From the human T2T-CHM13v2.0 reference genome, Homo sapiens: a stretch of 64,000 nucleotides of DNA. The position numbers and the translations under genes were made by a program. Below the pieces are notes generated by a model. That model had not been told where the DNA came from and made no database searches. It was given only the letters and a program-made list of their open reading frames with translations. The stretch lies in the NCBI RefSeq assembly GCF_009914755.1, contig NC_060925.1; one strand, given 5' to 3'. Positions 28,579 to 40,325 of the stretch are shown piece after piece (the stretch's first letter is position 1; each line of letters begins with the position of its first letter).

Positions 28579-30194
28579 CCTTCCTTTCCAAATCCTCTAC
28601 ATGCAGATATTTGAGCACCTCCATCATTTTTGCATTTATGTCATTGTTATGTAACAGAACATTCTATCCCAACTCCAAATAATGTGTCAGTGTTCATTTA
28701 GCATAGCTCTCCATTTATTTGGGTTTGGGAATAAGGCACCTCCTTCCATACTTACGAAATTTTATTTGCAAAGCACAGTCTAGAGTCAGACATAACTACT
28801 CTCTCTTGTTGAAAGGATTATAAGTGATAGTGTGACATTAAATGAAAATAAATCCAATATGGAATAAGTATACCAGAGATAATATTATCAAAAGATTTCC
28901 TCAGTGCTTTCAAGAATGTCTTGGAACACGGGCCTATTATCAAGAACTTAACTGGTAAAATTAGATTTAGGGTGAATGAGGCTTATTGAATCACATAAGC
29001 TCAGTTCACTGAAGGTCCCACATACTATTTTCTTGTAAATTCTCAAATTATAGAAAGGAGGCAGTCAGTGTTGACTGAAAGATTAGAGCAGAGTGAGAAA
29101 AAGAAACTAGATTCTTATCTTGCTCAGTTGCACTTACTGAGATCATTGAAGTTTAGTGTGTTGCATATATTTGCTCTTATTAAAACCCATCATATTTCTT
29201 CACAACAAAATCATAAGCAAGTCTAAAATGTTTAATCTTTTCATTCACACGATATAAAGTTTTCACCAACCCTCTATACACATACAGAGAAAAATCCTTC
29301 TAAACTCACTTTTGTTGCAGCTTTTTCAAATTTTCAAATAAACTCTATGAAATTTAGCTGAAACACTTTTAGTAGCCTTATCTATAAACCTTGAAGACCA
29401 AGGAAGCTCTGAGTGGTTATGCTAATTCAACTAAGTCATTCAGAGTACTTTTGAAAGTTTGCAAAGCTTTGTGAGTACATATGGGATCCATTTTTCCATG
29501 ATCCTTCAACATAAAACTGGTCTCTTACTAGAGACGAGTTTCTCCATTGCAGCCATTTGAACTTTCCAAGGGATGCTAAACACAAATGCAGAAACAAGCA
29601 AAGAATAGATACATGTTGATTTTACAGTAAAGACAGCAGTACTTTGCTTCCTTTCTCATACTTCCAGAGGTAATTACTCCTCTGTGTTCTTTTCTCTGTA
29701 CATTCCTCTCTGATGGCACCTCTCACAAACATCTGTCAGCCCCACTACACAGTGAACCCCTTAAGACAGAGATTCATTCATCTTTGTATCTGCAGTGCTT
29801 TATGTGTGATACACTGTAGGGATGCAATTAAACTTTGTTGAATCGAAACATTTTGTTTCAATGGATCAAGCTATCTTTCCACGTCACTGACTTTTCCAGT
29901 ATGGATACATTTTTATTTTAAAATAGAATATTATACTCATCATTACCCCTTGTCTCACAATTCTAATATCCACAATAAGATTTTAGCAACATTTTAAAAG
30001 TTCAAACAACATCAGGTTTAAGGAAAGCACTCCCTATTAGTATTCCAGTAATTGGAGTAATTGAAACCAAATGTTTCCATTCAAATCAGTTCAGCAAAGA
30101 TTAAAATTTTCCTTATTTTTCCTATCAATATCAACAGCCATAATCTGAAATGTCTTACTGAACCAATCTCCTAGGTATTTTAAAATATAACACT

Positions 30195-30517
30195 GGGATT
30201 TTTAGGGAAGGAAAAGTATTCTGTATGGTACTATAATGATGGATACATATCATGATACATTTGTCAAACTCATGGAATGTACAGCACCAAGAGTGAACTC
30301 TAATGTAAACTATAGATTTTAGATGATAATGCTGTGTCACTGTAGGTTCATCAATTATAACAAATATTTCACACTAACGAGGTATGGTGCTGGAGGTGGA
30401 GCTGGAGGCAAGGTGAAAGGTGGGGAGTTGTGGGAACTCTGTACTTTCCACTCAATTTTACTGTAAACCTAAAACTTCCCTAAAAATGAAGTCCATTAAT
30501 TTTTCTTTAAAAAAAAA
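30195..30517 (+). mobile_element. L1MC 3'UTR fragment with A tail
   Basis: catttgtcaaactcatggaatgtacagcaccaagagtgaactctaatgtaaactata...gaactctgtactttcc. Confidence 0.75.
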
Positions 30518-32795
30518 GATAACACTAAGACTACATGAAGTATTCCTTTTCCTAGAAACTCAAACCTAGATGTTTTAGCACAGTTTCAAAGAGGGAAAAC
30601 TGAAACCCAGATCGTGAGACCCACTGTTTCTTCTACTGACGTTTTTGAAATCCTCTACTATTTCAACCAAAGTCATTGATTCAATAAAGTTACAATTTGA
30701 CAGTTTATCTTTTCTTAGTGAAGTTTACAAAGAGGGGCCAGATAGTGGCACTCTCTTTAAAATTAATAGGGAACTTTCAATGCCCTGCCATGCACTTGTC
30801 ACACTTGCTGATACAACTTGACCAAATTTGCCTTGTTCTGGAACACACAGACTTTGGGTGGATGAGCAAACAGCCTCTGAGAGAGCAGCTGCTTTATTGC
30901 ATGACTAAGGTGACCTCATCAGCCAATTGTGATACAGGAATTTTGAAAGGACTCCCTCTTTCAAGAGTTTATATTTCTATTCAAGTGTGGAAGCATGCAG
31001 TTGTAAATGCTTGCGCTTCAAAATGTATATTGGGATAGGGGTAGCAAAATGTTGGGAGCATCAGAGCAGTTCCTAAATACACTACAGGCAAAAACTTATT
31101 TTGATCTCAGACCAGAGTTTCTTAACATAGTGTCAAAAAAACACATTATTTCAAAAAACTATTTTCCCTATCTAAAGAGGGTTTAGTTCTTTAACAAGTT
31201 AGGAGTCCAACATTTCCCAAACTTACTTGGCCCCATAATTTTTGCTGCTGCTCTTGTTCTTTGGAAACTGTCAGTATATTTGGATGATAATACTAGTGGG
31301 CTGTTAAAAATAATTTTTAAATCATTTTACTCTAACATAACTTACTCACAATTATTTAGAGGAGTGAGAGGATACTAGATCAACAAACATGAGCAATGTT
31401 GAAGATTTTAACAGGAAATTAAGTATGGACTGAACCACAGGAAGTATACAACCAAATGCCTTTATGTCATCTGTCTTTGAGTTTCATCGGTCTCATTAGG
31501 GTCACTTCCAAAGTGGCCAGCTCATCTCACCAGTTATCTTTCTTAATGCCTTATGTTATCTTCCCAACATAAAATGATGCTTGTTACATACAATATAATG
31601 AGCTCATTATAATGAAATTAATGACTGTGTATAAGTGAATTTTATAATATTGTAAATGTGTTTTCTTCAAATATTCTTTATCCTGACGATAGAACCAGAA
31701 CAGAAAAATTAATACTCCCCTCCCTTTTATCAGCTTTACCTAATACCATCAGAAGCTTCACTAAGTAAATGCTTTTTTGTCCTTTTAAAGGAAAGTATTG
31801 TCCTTCCAGGGGTAAAATCCAAGGAGGCTTAAGTTAAACTGGGTACTCTATAAATAAGCCACACTTGTTATATAAACTTTTGAAAGCTTATATTTTACTA
31901 TCTTCTCTATCCTTATAAATGATTAGTCATCTAGTTCCTTGAGTTTTGTTTGTGTTTTAAACTTTAATCTCAATTAAAGCTAAAACTGTTATCTCTCCAG
32001 AGATACTGCCAAAATGTGAAAGATCATTACCTAAGAAGTACACATTATTGGTCTATCCAAATAGACTTTTATTTTACCTTGAGCAGTTTTTCCTCTGATA
32101 CTGTGACCTTGGTATCAGTATGTTTACAAATTATGTCATATTTGTATACAATTAAACATTTATTTATTTATGATTGGTTTTAATTAAACTTTATTTTTTC
32201 CTAATATGCAAAATATGCAAAAATCAAAGTTTGATATACTAGTTATATTCTTAATAAATATGAAAATAATATTAAAAACCATGCACCCCTTAAAATCATC
32301 CTATGTATTGCCAGTCGATGTCTAGCACACACCTTGGAAAATATTAACATGGAAATTTCCTGCCATGGAAATAAGGGATGAGAATTGGAGTGGGAAAATG
32401 TGAAGATAGCCTCTTATAACTTTCCCTCCTATCAGATATGTGCAAAATAATTAAACAAAAATTATTTGTTTACTTTGCCCTGCTTCCTGCAGAAAAGAAG
32501 AGAACTCTTAAAATATTTTGATCAGATGAATTTTATAGTCAAGGACTATCCAAAGCATGGAGTAAGATACAACTCTATGTGATGAATTTCTATGTGAGTT
32601 TCTATATGATAAATTAATACGCCAAATGAAACAGTTTATTGAAACATGCAACTTTTTTAAAATAAACAAACATCCTCCAGAACCAAAGACTGATGCTGTT
32701 AATGCTTTAGACATGTGACATATGTGTGTGTACCTCTGTATGTTTAATTTTCTTTCTTTCTAATCAAGTGACCTGTTCTCGTTTGGTTAAGTTTC

Positions 32796-32974
32796 AACCA
32801 CAAGACACCACTGTATGCTTTTTTTTTTTTCAAGATACACGTCACAGCACACCAAGAAAGGGGGAACTTCCAGTGTCTGTGGTAACATCACTTGATAAAC
32901 AGACTCCTTTAAACAGCAAGTGCCTGTCTGCATTCTACTATATAAAGCAGCAGAGACGTTGACTAGCGCATATT
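32796..32974 (+). promoter_or_regulatory. RGS1: RGS1 proximal promoter: TATA box, Inr, kB, RUNX, CRE/HRE-like sites
   Basis: TATATAAAG 32939-32947; Inr-like gcAtatt with A at 32970; GGGAACTTCC 32862-32871 (GGGRNYYYCC); AACCACA 32796-32802; TGTGGT 32878-32883; CACGTCA 32838-32844. Confidence 0.8.
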
Positions 32975-32987
32975 TGCTAAGAGCACC

Positions 32988-33124
32988 ATGCGCGCAGCAG
33001 CCATCTCCACTCCAAAGTTAGACAAAATGCCAGGAATGTTCTTCTCTGCTAACCCAAAGGAATTGAAAGGAACCACTCATTCACTTCTAGACGACAAAAT
33101 GCAAAAAAGGAGGCCAAAGACTTT
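32988..33124 (+). CDS. RGS1: RGS1 coding exon 1 (MRAAAISTPKLDKMPGMFFSANPKELKGTTHSLLDDKMQKRRPKTF)
   Basis: ATG in gcaccATGc at 32988; 137 nt, phase 2; donor TT|gtaagt at 33125; translation matches the known human RGS1 N-terminus. Confidence 0.98.
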
Positions 33125-33479
33125 GTAAGTTTGTTCAGAGTCTCACTTTGTGAATTTTAACAAATTATCTTTAATGGCAGAAGGATTGAGAATGAATGGA
33201 AGAGAGTGTGAGCATTTAGTTTAGCCAGATCAGAGGAGTTAATTGCCTGTTGTGAGTAATAAGTAATATTCAGCTGCATTAAAAAATAAATCTTGATATG
33301 GCATTAAATTGGGTAGGAGTTTTTCTCTACACAGGCTCATAAAAATGGGTTCTATAGCAAAATGTTGTATCAACCATTTTTAGTATTGCCTTATTCCTTA
33401 GAGAAATTTATTCTATGTCTTTTTACAAATAAAATGAATTCTGAAGAAATATGAATATTCACTTTTATGTCTTTTGTAG

Positions 33480-33560
33480 TGGAATGGATATGAAAGCATA
33501 CCTGAGATCTATGATCCCACATCTGGAATCTGGAATGAAATCTTCCAAGTCCAAGGATGT
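33480..33560 (+). CDS. RGS1: RGS1 coding exon 2 (GMDMKAYLRSMIPHLESGMKSSKSKDV)
   Basis: Acceptor cttttgtag| at 33479; 81 nt; donor GT|gtaagt at 33561; frame continuous with exon 1. Confidence 0.98.
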
Positions 33561-33968
33561 GTAAGTACACTAATACACTAAACTATCATTATCATTTACA
33601 AGAGAAGCCTATGCATTATCTCTATATCCCAGCAAGGGATAAATACTGCGCACAGTAGACTTCATTTCTTTTAAGTAACATGCCAAATAAAATTAGACTA
33701 TCAGTACCAATGTAAATTGAATACAAATGTGTACACACACATATTGGACTTTATCTATTTGGATTTTTTCAAATTTTATTGGCAGGTTTTTTTTTTCATA
33801 ACTATAGTAACTCTAAGGGAAGTTTTGCATTTTGTGAATAAATTTTAACATATTTATTAGAACTACAGTTTCAGTTTGTGAAGTTATCAAAGTGTAACAG
33901 CCATTCTTATTTCATTTGTGCTTACATTTTAAAAATTGACTAATGTATGTACATTTTGTCCCCTGCAG

Positions 33969-34030
33969 ACTTTCTGCTGCTGAAGTAATGCAATGGTCTC
34001 AATCTCTGGAAAAACTTCTTGCCAACCAAA
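33969..34030 (+). CDS. RGS1: RGS1 coding exon 3 (LSAAEVMQWSQSLEKLLANQ), start of RGS domain
   Basis: Acceptor ccctgcag| at 33968; 62 nt; donor A|gtaagt at 34031; W..SLEKLL RGS helix 1-2 motif. Confidence 0.98.
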
Positions 34031-35416
34031 GTAAGTATAACTATTGAATGTTTCTGGGTTCAGCTAAATACTCTAAAAAATTGAATGGCTTCACTAAATA
34101 TAGTATTCTGGGTAGGATAGTATGCAAAAGGTTGTATTCTAGTTTGTCTGTAGTTACTGATAACTTCAGCATAGTATGCCTCTTAATAATGCTGACTTAG
34201 CACTCAATTCTGCCAACTCCTTTTAGACAAATTTGCCAAGACAATTAGGTATTTTCATAGATCATTATGGAGATAAAATTAAACATTGTGCTGGGATTCT
34301 GATATGTAAAAATTTTAAAAGTAAGCCAAATATTTTAATATGTACATTGCCATTTTGAAATCTGCCTAAAGAATGTATTTTTCTACACTTGGATGTAACA
34401 AGTATGATTCATTCATTCAATTAATTAAATTATCTTTCATACATTCATCATTCATCTCACCCTTATGTAGAGGACATTGTAGAGGTACCAAGGATTCAAA
34501 ATCAAAGACAGTCTCTTACTGCCTTGAAGGTGGTTGAGATACATAACATAAATAATTGCATTATTATAACATGATAGTTTTTATGACATAAATATGATAG
34601 AAGGATTTTTAAGCACATATAGTCTTGTGGAGATTTTCTGATGAGAGAAGGTAAAGAATGAAATCAGCTTGCCATCCCCTTGTCTTGGGCATTACAATTC
34701 TACTGAGATTAGGACCTTTTTCAGAGGTGTAGATGAGCAGTGTGGTCTCTATCTCTAAAGAGTGAGATTATTCTTTTCTCCCCACAGACACCCTAAGGAG
34801 CTTTACTTGGGAATCACATTGTTCACTCTAGCTCAGCTGACTTTGTTTATAATTCAGCTAAACAAATAAATGGTATAGATATGGACCATAAATGGTGCCA
34901 TATAAAAGTCTCAGTGAATGCTAGCAAACATAATTAGTACATCAGGCCTACAGATCATATATAGGCCTAACATTTTCTGGCTAATATAAATTAGATGGGG
35001 AAATTATATTTACTAATTATTGTGATGTTAATGCCTTTTGTCAGTGTTTGCTTTCCTAAAATACTCTCTACTCTGGCTAAGATTTGGCATATATAAAAGA
35101 TGGTTTTATATTCAGTGGAGCAGAATTTCAATTCAAACCGCGGATAGAAGCAAAACAGTTTGGTAGCCACCATCAAGTAGCAATGTGACTATGAATGAGT
35201 TTGTCTGGCCCCAGATTCCTCTTCTATGAATGAAGAAATTTCAAATGACTTCTCATCTCTACAATCTATAACACAGCTATTTCAGCAGTAGCTGTCTCTT
35301 ACCTTTGTATGAATAGGAAGCAATTGTATTTTTCTTACAAATTTCTTCTTCAAATTATTCATTTGTTGGTTCATTTAATTTAATTATCTCCCCACCCACC
35401 CCTCGTTTCTTTTTAG

Positions 35417-35580
35417 CTGGTCAAAATGTCTTTGGAAGTTTCCTAAAGTCTGAATTCAGTGAGGAGAATATTGAGTTCTGGCTGGCTTGTGAAGACTATA
35501 AGAAAACAGAGTCTGATCTTTTGCCCTGTAAAGCAGAAGAGATATATAAAGCATTTGTGCATTCAGATGCTGCTAAACAA
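35417..35580 (+). CDS. RGS1: RGS1 coding exon 4 ([30 protein letters not shown]...DAAKQ)
   Basis: Acceptor ttttag| at 35416; 164 nt; donor CAA|gtgagt at 35581; RGS-box motif [20 protein letters not shown]. Confidence 0.99.
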
Positions 35581-36331
35581 GTGAGTATTAAGCTTATCAT
35601 CATCAGTTTCTCCATAAAAGACCCTATATGCAGAAATAACATTTAATATATACAACAAGATAAAATCCTTTTGGGGTATATAATTTTACTTCTACATACT
35701 TAGGCATATAAATATAGTTCAGTGCAATGAGAATCTAATTTTCTATATTGGTGAGGGTTTCAGCACAGTAGAATAAAGAGACTGATTTTACAAAACCAGC
35801 TGCCATGATGAGGGTGAGGGAAGGGTTAAGGGTATTGTTACTGACCAGAACTGCATGTCAGGGAGTCCTTAATGAGTGCTCTTGTTTTGGATAAGAAAAT
35901 GCAGATTAGCATAATGTATACAATTGCAGCAGCAAAAGTATTTCCAATTAACAGTATTACCAGATAAATATTCTTGGTCCAAGCAGAAAATATCAACAAA
36001 AAGAGCCTTCTTCTCCTGTAAATCTTAAATGCCTACATCACTCTTTATGATACATGGATCATCTTATGTGGATACTTAAATTTTTCATGTCTGCTTCTTT
36101 TGCCTCTCCTAACTATACTATGAGGAAATTTGGAACAAAGACATTTTTGTAATATTTCTTATCTCCTTCACACCTAGTATAGAGCTGATTTTACAAAGGC
36201 ATTTAAGAGATATTTGAATTGATTTAAATGAGGCCTTAAAATTACTTTCTGAGGTGTTTCAAAAAACAGTAACATCATAAAATTTGCAGTAAAGAAAAGT
36301 ATATATTAGCTAACAAGGTTTTCTTTTTTAG

Positions 36332-36517
36332 ATCAATATTGACTTCCGCACTCGAGAATCTACAGCCAAGAAGATTAAAGCACCAACCCCCACGTGTTTT
36401 GATGAAGCACAAAAAGTCATATATACTCTTATGGAAAAGGACTCTTATCCCAGGTTCCTCAAATCAGATATTTACTTAAATCTTCTAAATGACCTGCAGG
36501 CTAATAGCCTAAAGTGA
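36332..36517 (+). CDS. RGS1: RGS1 coding exon 5 (INIDFRTRE...LMEKDSYPRFLKSDIYLNLLNDLQANSLK*)
   Basis: Acceptor ttttttag| at 36331; 186 nt to TGA 36515-36517; exon sum 137+81+62+164+186=630 nt = 209 aa + stop; MEKDSYPRFLKS motif. Confidence 0.99.
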   Translation: MNIDFRTRESTAKKIKAPTPTCFDEAQKVIYTLMEKDSYPRFLKSDIYLNLLNDLQANSLK

Positions 36518-37225
36518 CTGGTCCCTGGCTGAAGGGAATTAACAGATAGTATCAAGCGCAGAAGGAATGTGCCAGTATGGCTCCCTGGGTGAACAGCTTG
36601 GCCTTTTTTGGGTGTCTTGACAGGCCAAGAAGAACAAATGACTCAGAATGGATTAACATGAAAGTTATCCAGGCGCAGAGTTGAAGAAGCATAAGCAAGA
36701 CAAAAACAGAGAGACCGCAGAAGGAGGAAGATACTGTGGTACTGTCATAAAAAACAGTGGAGCTCTGTATTAGAAAGCCCCTCAGAACTGGGAAGGCCAG
36801 GTAACTCTAGTTACACAGAAACTGTGACTAAAGTCTATGAAACTGATTACAACAGACTGTAAGAATCAAAGTCAACTGACATCTATGCTACATATTATTA
36901 TATAGTTTGTACTGAGCTATTGAAGTCCCATTAACTTAAAGTATATGTTTTCAAATTGCCATTGCTACTATTGCTTGTCGGTGTTATTTTATTTTATTGT
37001 TTTTGACTTTGGAAGAGATGAACTGTGTATTTAACTTAAGCTATTGCTCTTAAAACCAGGGAGTCAGAATATATTTGTAAGTTAAATCATTGGTGCTAAT
37101 AATAAATGTGGATTTTGTATTAAAATATATAGAAGCAATTTCTGTTTACATGTCCTTGCTACTTTTAAAAACTTGCATTTATTCCTCAGATTTTAAAAAT
37201 AAATAAATAATTCATTTAAGATTCT
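36518..37225 (+). other. RGS1: RGS1 3'UTR, AU-rich in its distal third
   Basis: Follows the stop; ATTTA at 37029, 37177, 37214; TTATTTTATTTTATT near 36984-36998; end inferred from poly(A) signals. Confidence 0.85.
37198..37207 (+). terminator. RGS1: RGS1 polyadenylation signal (overlapping AATAAA x2)
   Basis: AATAAA at 37198-37203 and 37202-37207, followed by T-rich downstream sequence. Confidence 0.85.
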
Positions 37226-37536
37226 TCTTTCTACCATCTCTTTTAACATCTAAAACTATTATCTAGTGAATACTATATTTTATGTATTAGTTTGGACAGA
37301 ATTCACAATTTTTCTCTCTGCTATCACAAGGCACAAAATCAAACAAATATAATATGATCTCATGTTCAATAAGAAATTGAAGTCTTTTAAAAAGGGATAG
37401 AAAATTTATTTCAAGAGGTAATCTAATTAACAGCATATATTTTATTGTGAGTTAAAGTTCATAAAATCTAGACATATTTTCTCATTTAACATTCATAGCA
37501 ATCCTATGAAAGCTGAGACTCAGAAAGATTAAGTCA

Positions 37537-37730
37537 CTAGTTCTTAATTTTAGGTAACTCTCAAAATTATCTAGAATGTTAAAAAAACACACACATATCC
37601 CTGTTTTGGGGTCCCATACCAGAATGACTGAACCAAATCTCCAAAGGGTAGCATATGGGAATCTATATTTAAAAGAAAGCCCCAAGTGAGTCTGAAGATG
37701 ATTTTATAATTCAGAGTTCAGAACCTGGGA
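37537..37730. mobile_element. MER5-type hAT element
   Basis: ...ccataccagaatgactgaaccaaatctcc...gggaatctatatttaaaagaaagccccaagtgagtctga. Confidence 0.6.
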
Positions 37731-38703
37731 ATTAAGGGACAGTCATACTAGCAGGGATTGCCCAGAAGTCTTCCTACTACAACCTATTCTCCTTCCTCTA
37801 TGTAACACTGCCACCCACTGATCAGAAGGCATTTCCTGAATCACTAAAGTCTGCAACAGTCCTAAGTGTCACCTAAGCAGGAAAAAAGACTCCAAAGTAG
37901 GGCTCACCTACAGAGAGAAGAAAAATCATCAAGATGATGCATATTCCTGAATAGCCTGTACAGCTCTTATCTCCCCGCGCACCTGTGCTTTATATTTTAT
38001 TCAATAATCAGTCACTCACATATCACAATGAAATACGGTTAATGTATGGATAATCTCACTATGGACTGGTCCAGTCATCAGGCACACAGCAATGGTAAGG
38101 GGCAATATGCAGATCAGGTACAAACAGAATTATTCTTGAGTTGTCATGGGACAGAGTTTAAATTGGTTCTACTTTATGCTTTATTCCTGCTTTAAGTAAG
38201 AGAAACTTGGGAGTCCAGTGATAATAATAATAATGATAATAAGCATCATCATCATCAGTCATCTCTCTCTCAACTCATTCCATCACCAAATTCTGCCAAT
38301 AATTCTTCTACAATCAGTGTCTGTGGTTAGAACATCGCTTGCTCTTTTTTATTACCCCATCCTAGTACAGGCTTTCATAGTTTGCCAATTCACATGACAT
38401 GTTCTTTGTCTTCCCAGTGTCTTTTCTTTAATTTATCCTCTGAACAGCTACAAACATCATCTTCTGAAACACAGATTTGGCCACATCATTTCCCATGACA
38501 TATAAAATGAAGTATACATGTCTCCCTCTGGGCTTCAAAACCCTCCCAGTGTAACCTTCATGATATAACTCTCATTACTCAACTCTGGGTATCCTTCCTA
38601 CCTTGAAGTCACACTGGATTATTCACCTTATCTTATATAATTCCAAGCCTTCACTATCTCCAGCCTTTGGTTATGCTCTACTCTCTAAAATGCCCTTTCC
38701 TAA

Positions 38704-39090
<387 letters not shown>

Positions 39091-39107
39091 TAATGTAAAA
39101 TACTTGA

Positions 39108-39683
<576 letters not shown>

Positions 39684-40194
39684 TGAAGGTGAAAATGTGG
39701 GTAATGGCGTCTCATAAAAATTACATATTTACCCATTTAGTTTACATGGAATGAAGTTCAAGTTTCTTTGTTTCTGTGTGCAAACATGGGCTGTATTATA
39801 CTAGTAGGAATCTTTGACAATCTATTGTTGAAAATTAAAAAACTAAAATTTGTGAGGGAAAAAATATAGTAAAAGGTGGTTTAAAATGCCATCAATATAA
39901 ATTATTTTATATAGCTATAGAATTTTTGCAAGACTAGGATGAAAACATCTATAAAACAAAAATCAACAGTCAGCTACAGAAATAACTCTATCCTTTTTGT
40001 TGAGAACAGTATCTTGAAGCTAAAGCTGTATCATCCCAATAGCAAAATTTTATATCTTACTACATGCCTAAACTAAATGAAACCTTCCTACAAAAAATAG
40101 AGACAAAATACAAAACCTTCTATGGATGTTTCTCTGCAGTAAATATTTGACTTGGTATATACTCCTCAGTGGCTCCTTTACTTTGAATATGAAA

Positions 40195-40325
40195 ATAGGA
40201 CAAAAAGAAAAGACAGAAAGAGAGAGGGAGAAAGGGAAAGGAAAAGGGAGATGGGAAGAGGGAGGGAGAGAGGGGGGAGCACAGGAGGAAGGGAGGGAGA
40301 AGAAGAGAAGAGAAAAGGAAAAAGC
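40195..40325. repeat. Purine-rich low-complexity tract
   Basis: Seen directly. Confidence 0.9.

Noticed and set aside
26155-28583. 5-bp TSD of the MST element
   Set aside because: Flanks acctc vs ccttc match only 3/5; not claimed
32900-33130. CpG island at the RGS1 promoter
   Set aside because: Only a handful of CpGs; TATA-type promoter
35782-36197. 13-mer ctgattttacaaa twice in RGS1 intron 4, and a 7-bp hairpin at 34944-34968
   Set aside because: Short and compatible with chance in AT-rich DNA
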